From Eledone cirrhosa (Eukaryota): a DNA stretch of 64,000 bases. The notes under the pieces were generated by a model, which was not told the DNA's origin, did no database searches, and saw only the letters and a list, made by a program, of their open reading frames with translations. The position numbers and the translations under genes are program-made. Below are positions 14,900-29,989 of this stretch, in pieces; position 1 is the first letter of the stretch, and every line of letters starts with the position of its first letter. The stretch is from NCBI GenBank assembly GCA_964016885.1, contig OZ024742.1:218426001-218490000 (forward strand), written 5' to 3'.

Positions 14900-16995
14900 T
14901 TGAAAGCCTTTTATTATGACACTATCTACCAGTAGATGCAAGGTGGAAGCAACCGACAGCTGTTTTTTGGTTGCGTGGTTAATTAGTGGGTCTCCGGCCT
15001 TTGTGGAATGGATGATATCACAACTTCATCAACGTTTGACTTAGTATTTAGAGTGTTCCTTCCACTGAGAGAGTATCTCAGCTTTGTCTGTGTATAGGGT
15101 AGTGTCATCAGAAGATAGAACTTGATTTGAGCTACTCTCCTTCCGACCATACACCGCCTTCAGACTATTATGAAAAGCCCTTGAGTCCTTTTTATTGCGT
15201 CGTGTAAATCAGGCACCTTCATCTTTGTAAGTGAGGACTGTGACTGCTGCTTACAATCTTTATGGGTTTTCTTTTTAGTTGTTGAGTTTTTATGTCCAAT
15301 CCAAATCCTCTATAGTTTATTCTCCGTACTGATAAGATTCTGGACATCTGAGTTGCTTTCATCAAACCAGTCCTGGTGTTTTCTCATAGGAAATCCTAAG
15401 AATTATATGGAGGCTGCACAGATGGTATCCTTGAGTGCTTTCCAGGAAGTCTCAATGTCATCAGAAATCTGGACAGAGTCGCGGGATGAGTCAAGTTTTT
15501 CAGAAAGTTCCTATCAGTGGATCTCAAAACACCCACACCAACCTTGGGTGAGATAGGTGGCTTTTGAAGACGCCCTTGGGAGTGGGGTGTGGGAGTTGAC
15601 TGAAACCTTACTGCGCAACAGTGCTTGATATGAGAGATAGTAAAAAGAGTGAAAAGAACGAGTGATATTGAAATCCTTTTGGCCACGCCTGTGTTTGATG
15701 ACATAGATAATCATGTACCTTGGATCTTGGATGCATGCTGTCTTATAGTTTGCAGGTTGTTGAAAAAAGCTATTAGTGATGCTAAGATCAAATTCCTTAC
15801 AAAGTCTAAGTTTGTTTGAGTTCATAGCTCTGACTCCATTAGACCCAACAACGTTATGTCATGTCTGATGGTCACTTCCATCTCTAGCATTGAAATCTCC
15901 CATTATGATGTGCTTGTTTTTCTATGGAACAGTGGAGACCATTGTGTGAAGCTGATTATAAAAGGTTACGATATATTGCTGAGATGAATAAAGAGTTGGG
16001 AGTCACTAGTGTAACAGAGGTGCGGTTTGCTAGATCCAGAGAGAGTCACAATTTAATCACTGACACATTTGGGGAATGATGTTAGGGATCTGGCAATGTT
16101 AGATCTAATGACAAAACCTACACCTGACTGACGGCGGTCTCCTTCACTTCTTCCGAACCAGAAGACTATGTACCGTTCTCCCACTTCTTTCTTTGGACGT
16201 GACAGGGATTTGGGTTTCTTTTATCACGCAGATATCGATATTATATCTGCTGAGTGTATGGCAGATGAGGGCTGATCTTCGCTCCATGCCTGTAATGCTG
16301 CTTTGTGGTGTTCTCACACTCCAGGAACCAGAATTAAAATTTAAATACTTTGTTTTATTTTCAACCACATATTTGGATAGCCAGACAGCCACTGTTAAAT
16401 GATTGAGCAAACATGTGTTTGGGACTCTATCGCGCCCTCCCTGTGTGGGAAAAAGCAATGCTATGTCTAAAAGGTCCTGCTTTGTCACCATCAGAGGACA
16501 CGAACAGCACAAATTGATCATGCGTGTGCATGAACAGCCATCACGTGATGGTCGCTACAGTTAAGGACTTGCTGTAATATTCTTCACATGACCCCGGCAC
16601 CCTTGCTCTCTCGCCAGTGGGATTTGTGTTAATGGTGAGATATCAAATAGAACTGGTAGAGCTATTGAGCTACCCACACAAATGGATTGTTTATAGTGGT
16701 GGAGGTTGTTGTTGGACCAGCCACACTTTTCGGAAATGTTGATAACAATGGATTGGTGCAAAAGTTTTTCACGGACCCAGTGAACAACACACCCAGGTAT
16801 TAGATAGCCGTTGACCCCCAAGAGTTCCTCGCCCTTTGAAGAGTTTTGTCCTTCATCCCGCAGGTTGTCCAAACGTCACCCTCCTCACGAAGCAAGCTTG
16901 GTGTGGTTGCCGGTTTAGTCACCGACGACATGACTATGTAGCAGGTACTAATAGGTTGCCTGCTACCAGTAGTACTCGAGAATGACCTGTCATAT
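14900..16995 (-). mobile_element. Decayed RTE (BovB-like) LINE: 5' UTR + APE endonuclease region
   Basis: MERRSALICHTLSRYNIDICVIKET, KHQDWFDES and SLKAVYGR motifs, with frameshifts. Confidence 0.8.
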
Positions 16996-16996
16996 T

Positions 16997-17052
<56 letters not shown>

Positions 17053-17334
17053 GCGCATATGTATATGTATGCAAAATACAGCGACCTCATCTTGGACTAT
17101 AAACGTTTTTCTCTCTGATGAAGTGCAATATTTTTACGTAATGCTTGCGATTGAGCATGGTACTATACAGTCAGCGCTTGAACACAGATATTGTACAGAA
17201 ACATATGTTAAGGAACAAACTCTCAATAAATTTTCTCCTTCTAACCAATTCTTCCTGCCTATTCATTCCTGTTTTTCCTGGTACTATACTTTCGAACGCC
17301 CGAAAACCAAGATGAATTAAAGAAAATGATCGCA

Positions 17335-17975
17335 CATGCGGTGGGGCAAGTATAAAACTAACCCTTAAGGAACATATGTTCAAGTTTAATGGCAAAACAT
17401 ATGCCGAAGAGGAGGGGAAGCCATTGGCGTTAGTGTTGCGGTTGACATAGCTAACCTCTTTATGGTATGGTGAGACAGAAGACTTAAGGAACGCTTAGAT
17501 GAGGATTTTATAACCATGACTATTTACTCTCGCTACGTAGATAACATAAACATTGTAGTAAAAACACCCCACAGGAGAACAGTCAAGAAATAGAGAACAC
17601 CATGGAAAGCATCCAGAAAATAGCTAACTCCATCCACTAGAGTATTAAAGTTACTATAGACTACCCAACTAAACACCCCGACCATAAATTACCCGTACTA
17701 GACACATAACTCGGGTTGGAAACTATTAGTAATAGAACGCAAATCCTCCATTCGCATTATGCCAAACCCATGACCTCCAAGTACCTGATCCACCGAAACT
17801 CAGCCGTTTTGGATAACATGCTTACGGATTTAGTAAGTGATGAGGAACATGTCCCGCAAGTGCAATTCTAAAGAATTAGAGAGATTTATACAACACTTCA
17901 TCCACCGCATGCAGTTCTCTGGCTACAATCAAAGAGACAAGGTCAGGGTATATAAAAGAACCAGGACCAAATGGT
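17335..17975 (+). pseudogene. Decayed Penelope-like RT fragment
   Basis: AIGVSVAVDIANLFMVW and YSRYVDNINIVVK; homologous to 59680-60330. Confidence 0.8.
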
Positions 17976-18110
17976 GAGATGTACTGTCTTTAATATCAAC
18001 GTACTGTCGTGAGATGTACTGTCTTTAATGCGTCGAAACATCAGCGATCCACAGCAGACAGCCGAAGAGAGGGGATTGTCCTTATGTTTGTGTTTTTCTT
18101 ACGTTTTCTA

Positions 18111-18301
18111 AATAATTGTTTCTACTTTAGGCACAAGGCCAGCAATTACCCAGTGCATTACTGGTACTTTATTTTATCGACCCCGTAAGGATGAAAGGCA
18201 AAGTCAACCTCGGCGAGATTTGAACTCAGATCGTAAAGGGACGTAACTATGCTGGAAAGCATGGCGTCCGACCCTCTACCGATACTGCCATTCCACCGCC
18301 T
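18111..18301 (-). mobile_element. Young short-form SINE with TSD
   Basis: A and B boxes present; TTACGTTTTCTAAATAAT is duplicated on both sides. Confidence 0.9.
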
Positions 18302-18640
18302 TACGTTTTCTAAATAATATTTATTAATAACAACACAGTGCCTTTGCCACTTTTAATTCATATTACTTTATTGCTGTAACCTCCATTCTATCCTCCCTAT
18401 CTCGCTTCTTCTTGTTAATTCCTGTTTTAAACTAAAGTTCTGCCATTTTGGATTATCTCCTTCCCTTCCTCCTTTCTCTTTGATCTCTCTCGTGCTGTTA
18501 ATCCGGATTCAGGACTTACGTTCGGTCGCCCTTTTAACTTCTCCCTCTCTCCCACTGATTACTGCAACTTACATGTAATACTGTCTCGTGTTTCACCCTC
18601 TCTACCGGTATGTTTTTCTTCAGTTTATTTTCTTTTTCTG

Positions 18641-18785
<145 letters not shown>

Positions 18786-19033
18786 TGTCAGGCCGACGGA
18801 TAGATAGAGAGGTAGGTGGGTAGATAGATAGATGTATTCATTGTCCAAAATAGATAGATATATAGACAGATAGTTTTAGTTAGCTGCTCGTTTCATTAAT
18901 GACCATCTTATCAACACTGTTGATATAAAATGACTATTTCCCAAACAAATCTAGCACACGAGTTTGTCACTTCGCTTTTGTGTTTTATTATAAACAATAT
19001 GCATATACATACTTTAAAATGGTTAAGTGATAA

Positions 19034-19135
19034 GACTTGTTACTCTGGAGTTTCACCTGTGTACTCACAGGATCATCAGACATGTCTTGTCTGGTGATTC
19101 CGTGGGCACACAGGTGAACCTCCAGAGTAACAAAA
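19034..19135. ncRNA. Back-to-back hammerhead pair (minus copy with intact core, plus copy mutated)
   Basis: Minus 19034-19086: CUGAUGA U CCUGUG AGUA CACAGG U GAAA CUC CA GAG UA^. Plus 19085-19135 has CUGGUGA and GAAC. Confidence 0.75.
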
Positions 19136-19242
19136 CTGACCACTTAACCATAATAAAGAATCTTTAAACTCTACATCGATTTTGAGCACTTATTGTCACG
19201 CCCATCAATATCACACACAACACATATATATATATGTGTGTG

Positions 19243-19335
<93 letters not shown>

Positions 19336-19435
19336 TGTGTGTGTGTGTGCGTGTGTGTGCGTGCGCGCGTGCGTGTGTGTGTGTGTGTGTGTGCACGTGC
19401 GTGTGTGCGTGTACACATATATACGCTTAAGAACT

Positions 19436-19485
19436 TCTTGTCTGATGACCCTGTGATAAACAGGCGAAACTCCAGAGTAACAAGA
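19436..19485 (+). ncRNA. Type I hammerhead motif
   Basis: UCUUGU CUGAUGA C CCUG UGAUAAA CAGG C GAAA CUC CA GAG UA^ ACAAGA. Confidence 0.85.
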
Positions 19486-19587
19486 CTCACTATGTAGCCT
19501 TAATAAAATGAATATTACGACTACTTCGGTGTTGAGTACTCTTTTCTCTCAGCCATCAACCACATACGGATATATATATATATATAT

Positions 19588-20181
19588 AAAGTAAGTCCAT
19601 AGAATCATCAGATAAAATATATACAGTATTTCTTCTCCCAATTAGCATAAATCAACCACACAAAAAATCATTTAAACGAGGCTATAAGTTTAAAATGTAC
19701 TTATAAAGAAACAATAGATAAATGATATAGCTTCTTATCCGCGACTCACAGCCATAAAAAATTTATCTAATATTTCTAATAGCCTGTCGAAATTGACCAG
19801 ACATATAGTTAACCATACATAATTAGGTACAAAATCAAAGTTAGAAGAAAAAATGTACATAAACCTTACCAAAATCATCAAAATATCTCTAGCCTCGGCG
19901 GTTTCATTCCATTTTTGGATATATCCGATCTTGGATAAATCAACGAGGTTTGGAAATCATCAGGAGATAACTCAATTGGACAAAGATTTTTCTACCATGA
20001 TCCCCGCCAGAAACGGATTCAAAATGGCTAAGAATCACCACGTGGCTAGTGGTCAAGGCAGAAAGTTTGTGATTGGTGCCTGTCGGTGAGTAGGCTGGTT
20101 GCTAGAAAGCGCAGCCGAATACTGCCTAAAGTTTTAGTCAACCCTACGGGTATATACATATAAACTAGACAAAGTCATAGA
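19588..20181 (-). mobile_element. ~590-nt non-coding HHR unit between TA tracts (family F5)
   Basis: HHR at 19884-19969; a short AAGTC(C)ATAGA at both ends; shares a GGCTG..TTTCTARC motif with F3 and F4. Confidence 0.6.
19884..19969 (-). ncRNA. Type I hammerhead motif with long stem II
   Basis: UAUCUC CUGAUGA U UUCCA..UGGAA U GAAA CC GCC GA GGC UA^ GAGAUA. Confidence 0.75.
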
Positions 20182-20431
20182 TATATATATATGTTTTGGC
20201 AGCCATTCATATATATATATATTTAGGTTTGTTGGTTTACCACTGGATAGAACTGGTCATTCCGTATGGTCAACTTCGATGTAATATTATGGAGAGCACT
20301 CAACGTAATGCAACTTACCCGACTTGAGGGCGGCCGACCGGGATAGAAGCTGCTAAATATTCGGTCACCCTCATGTCTCTGATTTTCAGCGCCATGGATA
20401 TTGTCAATTATATTCCTTTGTTATATTTCAA

Positions 20432-20489
20432 ATACCTGATGATGTCACCGGATTCATACTGAACCCGGTCATTGAAATGATCATAGTAT
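20432..20489 (+). ncRNA. Type I hammerhead motif, palindromic stem III
   Basis: AUAC CUGAUGA U..ACCGG..CCGGU..U GAAA UGAUCA UA^ GUAU, followed by AAUAAA and (TA)n about 50 nt later. Confidence 0.8.
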
Positions 20490-20533
20490 AATAAACATTT
20501 CAAGGAATTACACCATTCCAGCCTCCTGTTATT

Positions 20534-20599
<66 letters not shown>

Positions 20600-20615
20600 T
20601 ATATAGGGTTAGGGT

Positions 20616-20700
<85 letters not shown>

Positions 20701-20713
20701 CATATAAATATAT

Positions 20714-21157
20714 ATATTGTTATGCTTTGGGAGGGTCATGTTGCCAATAAGAAACACACGCACCAGTTATTTCAGTCCAATTTATTATAAATTAAATTTA
20801 TAAATTTAAGAATTTATAAATTTCCGGTTGGTTGGTTGGTTGGTTGGTTCCGTAGATGGCGTAGGACAGAACAAAGGAGAGGCACAAAAACAAAGAAAAG
20901 AATCCCCAATCACTGAAGAGGTCACATAATGTGTGACGAAAGAACTTTAACAATATATGAACAACCGTCTGGTTATGGAACCAACCAACCGGAAATTTAT
21001 AAATTCTTAAATTTATAAATTTTATTTATAATAAATTGGAGTGAAAGCAACTGGTGCGTGTGTTTCTTATTGGCAACATGACCCTCCCAAAGTATAACAA
21101 TATCGGTTTCAACGCACGTTTTCAGATAAAGAATCTTGCTAAACAAATTCAGAAAAG

Positions 21158-21160
<3 letters not shown>
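20714..21160 (+). mobile_element. Penelope pLTR asymmetric hairpin with an HHR in the loop and a ~57-nt tail
   Basis: Arms 20714-20852 and 20975-21103; HHR CUGAAGA G GUCACA..UGUGAC GAAA GAAC UU at 20908-20950; the end ATGACCCTCCCAA..TATAACAATA matches 61498-61530. Confidence 0.85.
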
Positions 21161-22996
<1,836 letters not shown>

Positions 22997-22997
<1 letters not shown>

Positions 22998-23243
22998 GTT
23001 ATGTATGGTATCAACGCGTCGGTCCAGGTTTGTCATATTTTCCTGAGTTCGGTTTTTTTCGTCGCTTTGGTCACTGCGGCTCCCCTATCGGTCGCTGTCC
23101 TCAATTTGCAAAGCTGTCTAAACGTAATGTTATAACTCTAAGGTAACAAACATACCTTATTGAGTGCTTAGCTGCACACGCCGATTGCATTCGTTAGCTT
23201 CGCTGCAGCCAGAGCTTCGATTATGATGTACTAAATTTTGTCT
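22997..23243 (+). mobile_element. 5'-truncated F1 copy (3' repeat only)
   Basis: Diverged reverse complement of 4608-4835; begins shortly upstream of GGUC^CAGGU. Confidence 0.8.
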
Positions 23244-23286
23244 ATATATAGATAGATAGATGTTTCTTTATTAGCCACAGGGATAA

Positions 23287-23365
<79 letters not shown>

Positions 23366-23534
23366 GATAAGGATAGAAATTAACCATTGTCATCGTGTCG
23401 ATTCTATATATTGGCCAACACTTTATACTATCACCAACGTCGCCTGTCTTTAACGATGGCCAATAATTTTATTTTCTGTCGAATCCTTATTGATTTCTAT
23501 TCACATATCATCGACAGTGGCAGAAAGGTCCAGA

Positions 23535-23583
<49 letters not shown>

Positions 23584-23659
23584 ATGTTGTAGTGGTGGGG
23601 GTTGGTGGTGATGACTATGGTGGCGAAGGAACTAATGTTGGTTGCTACCACTGGTTGTT

Positions 23660-23671
23660 GTCGCTATCGCT

Positions 23672-23716
<45 letters not shown>

Positions 23717-26188
23717 GGTGGTGGTTTTGGGTTGTGACAGAAATCGTTTTCCATAATTCATTTTCTCTTCTTCTTCTACTCCTCCATTGCTTCTACTTCT
23801 TCTCCTGCTCCTCCTCCTTCTTCTTCTTCTTCTTTTTCTCCTCCTCCTCCTTCTTTTTCTTCTCATCATCATCATCACCATCATCATCGTCCTCCTCCTC
23901 CTCGTCAGCTTCTTCTTCTTCTTCTTCTTCTTCTTCTTCTTCTCCTTCTTCCACCTCCTCCCCCTCCTATTTCTTCTTTTTCTTCTTCTCCTCCTTTTTC
24001 TTCTTTTTTTTCTCATCATCATCATCACCATCCTCCTCCTCCTCCTCCTCCTCCTCCTTCTCCTCCTCCTCTTCTTCTTCTTCTTCTTCTTCTTCTTCTT
24101 CTTCTTCTTCTTCTCCTTCCTCCACCTCCTCCTCCTATTTCTTCGCCGCCACCCTCACCAAATGTAGAGAATACATGTGATTGTGAGTTATATTGATTTC
24201 AGCGAGAATGGTTTCTGGTATTTGCTGAGCAAGGCAATTCTGTTGGATGAACCAGTTGAATGGAGAAGGAGGAGGAGGGGCAGAAGAAGAAGAAGTGCTG
24301 CTCTTCTCGCATGGGAAACAATATCTACACACCACCACAACAATACTGAGACCCTACAACAACAATAACCATCACACGACAAGGCACTCAACAGCAGCAG
24401 CTTCACCATCGCCACACAACAACAACACTCCCCTCACCACCACCACTACCACCACCACCACCCCAAAACAACAACACTCCACTCACCACCACCACTACCC
24501 CACCACCCTACAACAACAATAACCATCACACGACAAGGCACTCAACAGCAGCAGCATCACCACCGCCACACAACAACAACACTCCCCTCACCACCACCAC
24601 TACCACCACCACCACCCCAAAACAACAACACTCCACTCACCACCACCACCACACAACAACAACACTCCCCTCACCACCACCACTACCCCCCCCCCAAAAA
24701 AAAAACATCAACACTCCACTCACCACCACCACCACACAACAACAACTCCATTCACTACCACCACCCCACAACAACAACACTCCACTCACCACCACACAAC
24801 AACACTCCACTCACCATCACAACCCCACAACAACAACACTCCACTCACCACCACCACAACGACCACCACACGACAATACTCCACTCACCACCACCACCAC
24901 ACAACAGCACTTCACTCACCACCACCACCACAACGACCACCACCATTACCACCATCACCACCACCACCACCAACACCCACCACCATCACCACTACCACCA
25001 CCACCACTACCACCACCACTACCACCATCACCACTACCACCACCACTACCACTCACCACCACCACCACTACCCCATAACCACTACCAGCCACCGCCACCC
25101 ACCACCACCACCACGCCACCACCACTACCAGCCCTACCCACCACTACCACCATCACTACTACAAGGCACTACGACCACACAACAGTAACAGCACTACGAC
25201 CACCACCACTACCACCACCACCACCACCACCATCACTACTACCACCCCTACCACCACCCACCACCCACCACCACCATCACTACTACCACCCCTACCACCA
25301 CCACTACTACTCCTACCACCACCCACCATCACTACTACCACCCCTACCACTACCACCACCACCACCACCCACCACTACTACTACATCTACCACCATCACT
25401 ACTACAAGGCACTACGACCACACAACAGTAACAGCACTATGACCACCACCACCACCACCGCTACTACCACCCCTACCGCCACCACCACCACACCACCACC
25501 ATCACTACTACCACCCCTACCACCACCACCACCCACCATCACTACTACCACCACCACCACCCACCACCCCTACCACCACCACCACCACTTACCACCCCTA
25601 CCACCACCACCACCCACCACTACTACCACCCCTACCACCACCACCACCACCTACCACCCCTACTACCATCACTACTACAAGGCACTACGACCACACAACA
25701 GTAACAGCACTACGACGACCACCACCACCACTACTACCACCCCTACCACCACTACCACCACCCCTAGCACCACCACCACCACCATCACTACTACCACCCC
25801 TACCACTACCACCACCACCACCACCACCACTCACCACTACTACCACCACCACCACCACCACCACTACCATCCCTACCACCACCACCACTACCACCCCTAC
25901 CACCCCTACCACGACGACCACCACCACCACCAACACCACCCCTACCACCACCACCACCACCACCACCACCACCACCACCACCACCATCATCACCACCATC
26001 AAGGCACTACGACCACACAACAGTAACAGCATCATACAACGCCACAATAACGTTTGCCAAATCCAGGTCAATGCACCGAATATATGACACCTATGTTGTT
26101 AACTGCTACTGCTGCTACTCCTACTACTGCTGTTGATGCTACAACTGCTATTACTGCTGCTGTTGCTGATACTACCACCACCACCACC

Positions 26189-26238
<50 letters not shown>

Positions 26239-26346
26239 AACTACTTGTAGTAATGCTGCTACTACTGCCATTACAACCACTACTACTACTACTACTACTA
26301 CTATTTCCCACCATTATCACCACCACAATCACTACCACAACCACTG

Positions 26347-26395
<49 letters not shown>

Positions 26396-26455
26396 AATCA
26401 CTACCACAGTCACAACCACTACTACTATTACTACTATTTACCACCACTACCACAG

Positions 26456-26504
<49 letters not shown>

Positions 26505-26650
26505 CACTACTACTACTACTACTACCACTACTACTTCTACCACCACAATCACTACCACAACCACAACAGCTATCACAACCAATACCACTACTACTACTAC
26601 TACTTCTACCACCACATTCACTACCACACCCACTACTACCACTACTACTT

Positions 26651-26694
<44 letters not shown>

Positions 26695-26855
26695 GCCACT
26701 ACTACTTCTACCACCACAACCACCACAGCCATCACAACCAATACCACTACTGCCACTACTACTTCTACCACCACAATCACTACCACAACCACCACCACCA
26801 CAACAACCACCACCACCACTACTACCACTTCTATTATTACCACCACCATCACCTG
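23660..26855. repeat. Low-complexity trinucleotide region (TTG, TCT/TCC, ACC, ACT) with local duplications
   Basis: Direct reading; the anchor CAAGGCACTACGACCACACAACAGTAACAGCA recurs at ~25162, 25405, 25678 and 26000. Confidence 0.9.
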
Positions 26856-26980
26856 ATCGGAACTATGATAAAAAAAAAGCTTTCCAGCCATGACCAAGCC
26901 ATTTTATATGTAGAAACTTTTTCAGACAGGCAAGCAAGATATACTGTCAGACCTCCCTCATCGACTCCATTGCTGCTGAC

Positions 26981-27026
<46 letters not shown>

Positions 27027-27589
27027 ATAAAAACAGCTAATGCCAGTCAGTGTGAGTACAACAAAACCGGGGCAGAGAATGAACTGATGTCGCTAATGAT
27101 TATTTTAACAAGAAATGATAATGGAGGCGACGGACGATGCTGGTTGATAGACAAGACTAGCTAACAGGCAAACTGACAGACAGTTTTACTAGATTGTTGT
27201 ATCTGGTGAAGATAGCAGCTGTTGTAATCGATTAAATCGGCTGCAGTATATTACTGGGACTATGAAGGAGTCCCTTATACGCGGTTACTAGACCCGCTAG
27301 AAATAACGGCTAAATCTCCCCCAAAATCACACACACGCACACACATGAAGACTTTAATGGTTAGATAAAAAAATAAGCTGTGTCTGGAGAGACGAGGGCA
27401 TGGTTAGAATGTCTTCGATCTAAGTCGGATCTCTTGAAGGTTTTTAATAATAACAATGCCGCTTATTTTACAGAAAACCAGGGTTGTCTAATGCGAGCGG
27501 CGGAATTTGAGCTCAGATGTTCTTCAAATAAATACAAGTGTTAATTTTTGCCGACTCAAGACTATATAGTTGTATCAAGAATGAGTGTA

Positions 27590-27745
27590 GGTGCAGGCAT
27601 TGTTGAGTGGTTAAAAGGTTCGCTTTACACATTTGAACTCTCGGGTTCAATTGCAGTACGTGGCATCTTTGGCAAGTAAGTGTCTTCTCGGCTCAAGCCT
27701 TGTCGGAATAATTGGTTATACGGAAACTGAAAAAGGCCGTCATAT
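27590..27745 (+). mobile_element. Old tRNA-derived SINE
   Basis: A-box-like GTTGAGTGGTTA, B-box GGGTTCAATT, TTGGCAAGT, tail CGGAAACTGAAAAAGGCCGTC. Confidence 0.55.
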
Positions 27746-27988
27746 AGGGATTTAATTTCACACATAGTAAGATACTGATTCGGCTTTAGTGTATGTAAGT
27801 ATTGACCCGTAACTTCTGGAGGAACATGACCGGACTTTCGCCTACAGAGGCCCTAAGATATATGAAATTTAAGGCACTTTTCTAAAAAATTCGGGTAAAA
27901 AATTTAAATAATTATACATAAACATTAATGATAAAGTATATATATGTTATTACTCTGAGTATATGATAAAGTATATATATATATATAT

Positions 27989-28744
27989 GTTATTACTCTG
28001 AGGTCTATTCCTCGTTGAATGCTTGGCTGCACTGCTGAAGGCATTCGTTGGCTTAGCTGGTGATCGAACTTCGAATATGCTGTACTATTGTATTACTATC
28101 TCCTAGACCTAATGATTAATTGATTAATTTAATTTGACAATTCCATTGATTGGTTAATTATTTAAGTTTGTTTAATAACGGTCTGGTTGAGTGCTTAATT
28201 CAGTTTGTGTATGGAATTTTTTCCATTGCCCATAATTTTTGAATTGACCGCCAGAAACCGGGGTTACCTCCCTTTGGAGTAACATGTGCTCCACACCGGG
28301 TTTTGGGTTAGAACGAAAGCCTGTTGAGAAAGTAAATTCCTCTGTTCGATCTTCCAGAAACCTAACTTGTATACACCACAAGCGGATTTTGTTGATTTAG
28401 GATTTACAGAAACCTCACTTGAATATTCAGTAATTTCCAAGTTACGGAACAGGTATGTTATATATACAGATATGTGCATATATGTATGTATGTATATTTT
28501 TATATGTATATATATGTGTATGTGTATGTGTGTGTGTGTGTGTGTGTGTATTTCCTTTTTTCACTAGTCAGTTCTTTCGTTGCTACAGATCACGCGGCTG
28601 AATTAGCTGTCGCTATTTTCAATTTTCAAAGCCCTTTAAACTGTATGTTATTACTCTGAGGTTTATTCCTTGTCGAGTGCTTGGCTGCACTGCTGAAGGC
28701 ATTCGTTGGCTTGGCTGCTGATCGAACTTCGAATATGCTGTACT

Positions 28745-28750
<6 letters not shown>
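27989..28750 (+). mobile_element. Diverged F1 element (partial tandem) interrupted by microsatellite
   Basis: Direct repeats at 27989-28092 and 28646-28750; the interior is homologous to 4855-5195. Confidence 0.8.
28319..28454 (+). ncRNA. Extended U3-A8 hammerhead motif (cleavage triplet mutated)
   Basis: GCCUG UUGAGAA A GUAAAUUCCU..AGGAUUUAC A GAAA CC..GG AA CAGGU. Confidence 0.6.
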
Positions 28751-28786
<36 letters not shown>

Positions 28787-28787
<1 letters not shown>

Positions 28788-29200
28788 TAGCAACAGTACC
28801 CAGCGTTGCCTGGGTAGGTAAAATAATATCTGCTTTGATGAAAAGGTGTTGATACAGCTTGGCACTAGTGACGTTACAACTCATTTCTACAGTTGAGTAA
28901 ACTGTAAGATTGTAACAGCAATAGAAAAGGCAGAGATATGAGGCAGCATATCTATACGACAAAGGCTATATTTGTAAGTGACTTTATGCCAATTAGATGA
29001 ATAGTCTTTCTCTGGTTGTGGCTTCATATGCAGCATCAGCAGCATTGTCTCATAGTCAGTTATTGGCCTTATCTGAATTTTGTAAGGGGTAAATATTTTT
29101 AGGCCCTGAATAAAAGTCTTTGATATACGGTCTTAGCTGTGTTAAGGATGTGCGTTTGCTTAAAGAGAGTAAGGGGCAATAATTTTATTGATATGATGAG
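28787..29200 (-). mobile_element. Non-autonomous Helitron-like element
   Basis: Minus-strand hairpin TACCCAG..CTGGGTA + CTAG|T end; the 5' limit is approximate. Confidence 0.6.
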
Positions 29201-29302
29201 ATGAGCAGCACCACTATTTTTTTTTTTTTTTTTTTTTTTCACCGATGAAAGAGACAGGTTTAGCATAACAGCAAGTTGCCTGTTCAGAAAGTCAGTGCAG
29301 GC

Positions 29303-29580
29303 TTGATGCAGTCTGCGACTAACCCATGTTCTGCTGCACGCCGGGCTGAGGAGGCCAAACTCCTCAAATACCGGTCGCTCTCCGACAGTTTGCGGTTGTA
29401 CCCCTGGCAGTGGAGACTTCTGGTGTCCTCGGCCCTAGAGCTACCTCCCTACTCACCACCATAGGCGCTGAGCTGGCCAACCGCAGGTGTGAACGACGTC
29501 GCGAGTTGGAGTGGCTTTTCCAGCGCGTCTCTCTTGCCGTCCTCCGGGGGAACGCCTTCTCCATCCTGTCCGCCGGGGCT
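29303..29580 (+). mobile_element. 3' fragment of CRE-like (REL endonuclease) non-LTR retrotransposon
   Basis: AARRAEEAKLLKY..ETSGVLGP..WLFQRVSLAVLRGNAFSIL. Confidence 0.75.
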
Positions 29581-29989
29581 GTGTGTGTGTGTGGGGATGG
29601 GGATGGGGGGGGGGGGGGGGCAGGAAACAATAACATTCCATATTTAAGAATGTACACTTTTATTGACGTTGAATAAATTAAAAGTTTCTAGCTTGATGTG
29701 AGGTGTCGAGAGGCTACATATGGTAGCGCTTGGTTGGGGGAGGTTATGACACAATAAAAGCTACTGTCAACTGCGTAAAAATGGATGTTGTTGAATATGG
29801 CGGCAAGTGGTGCAAAGAGTGTGGCGAACAAAGTCAAAGCCTGGAGTACACCACAAATTATAAAGTAGGGAACACAAAGAGAGAGGACATTGTCAGCACA
29901 CATTGTGATAGGAAACTAATGATCTAAGAAGTGGGGGCAATCCATAGGCGGGACATTTTGACAGAGGAATCTCCTCTGGTTGTAATCAA

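Noticed and set aside
16860-16995. Possible HDV-like ribozyme in the RTE 5' UTR
   Set aside because: Only a hairpin is visible; I could not assign the nested double pseudoknot by eye
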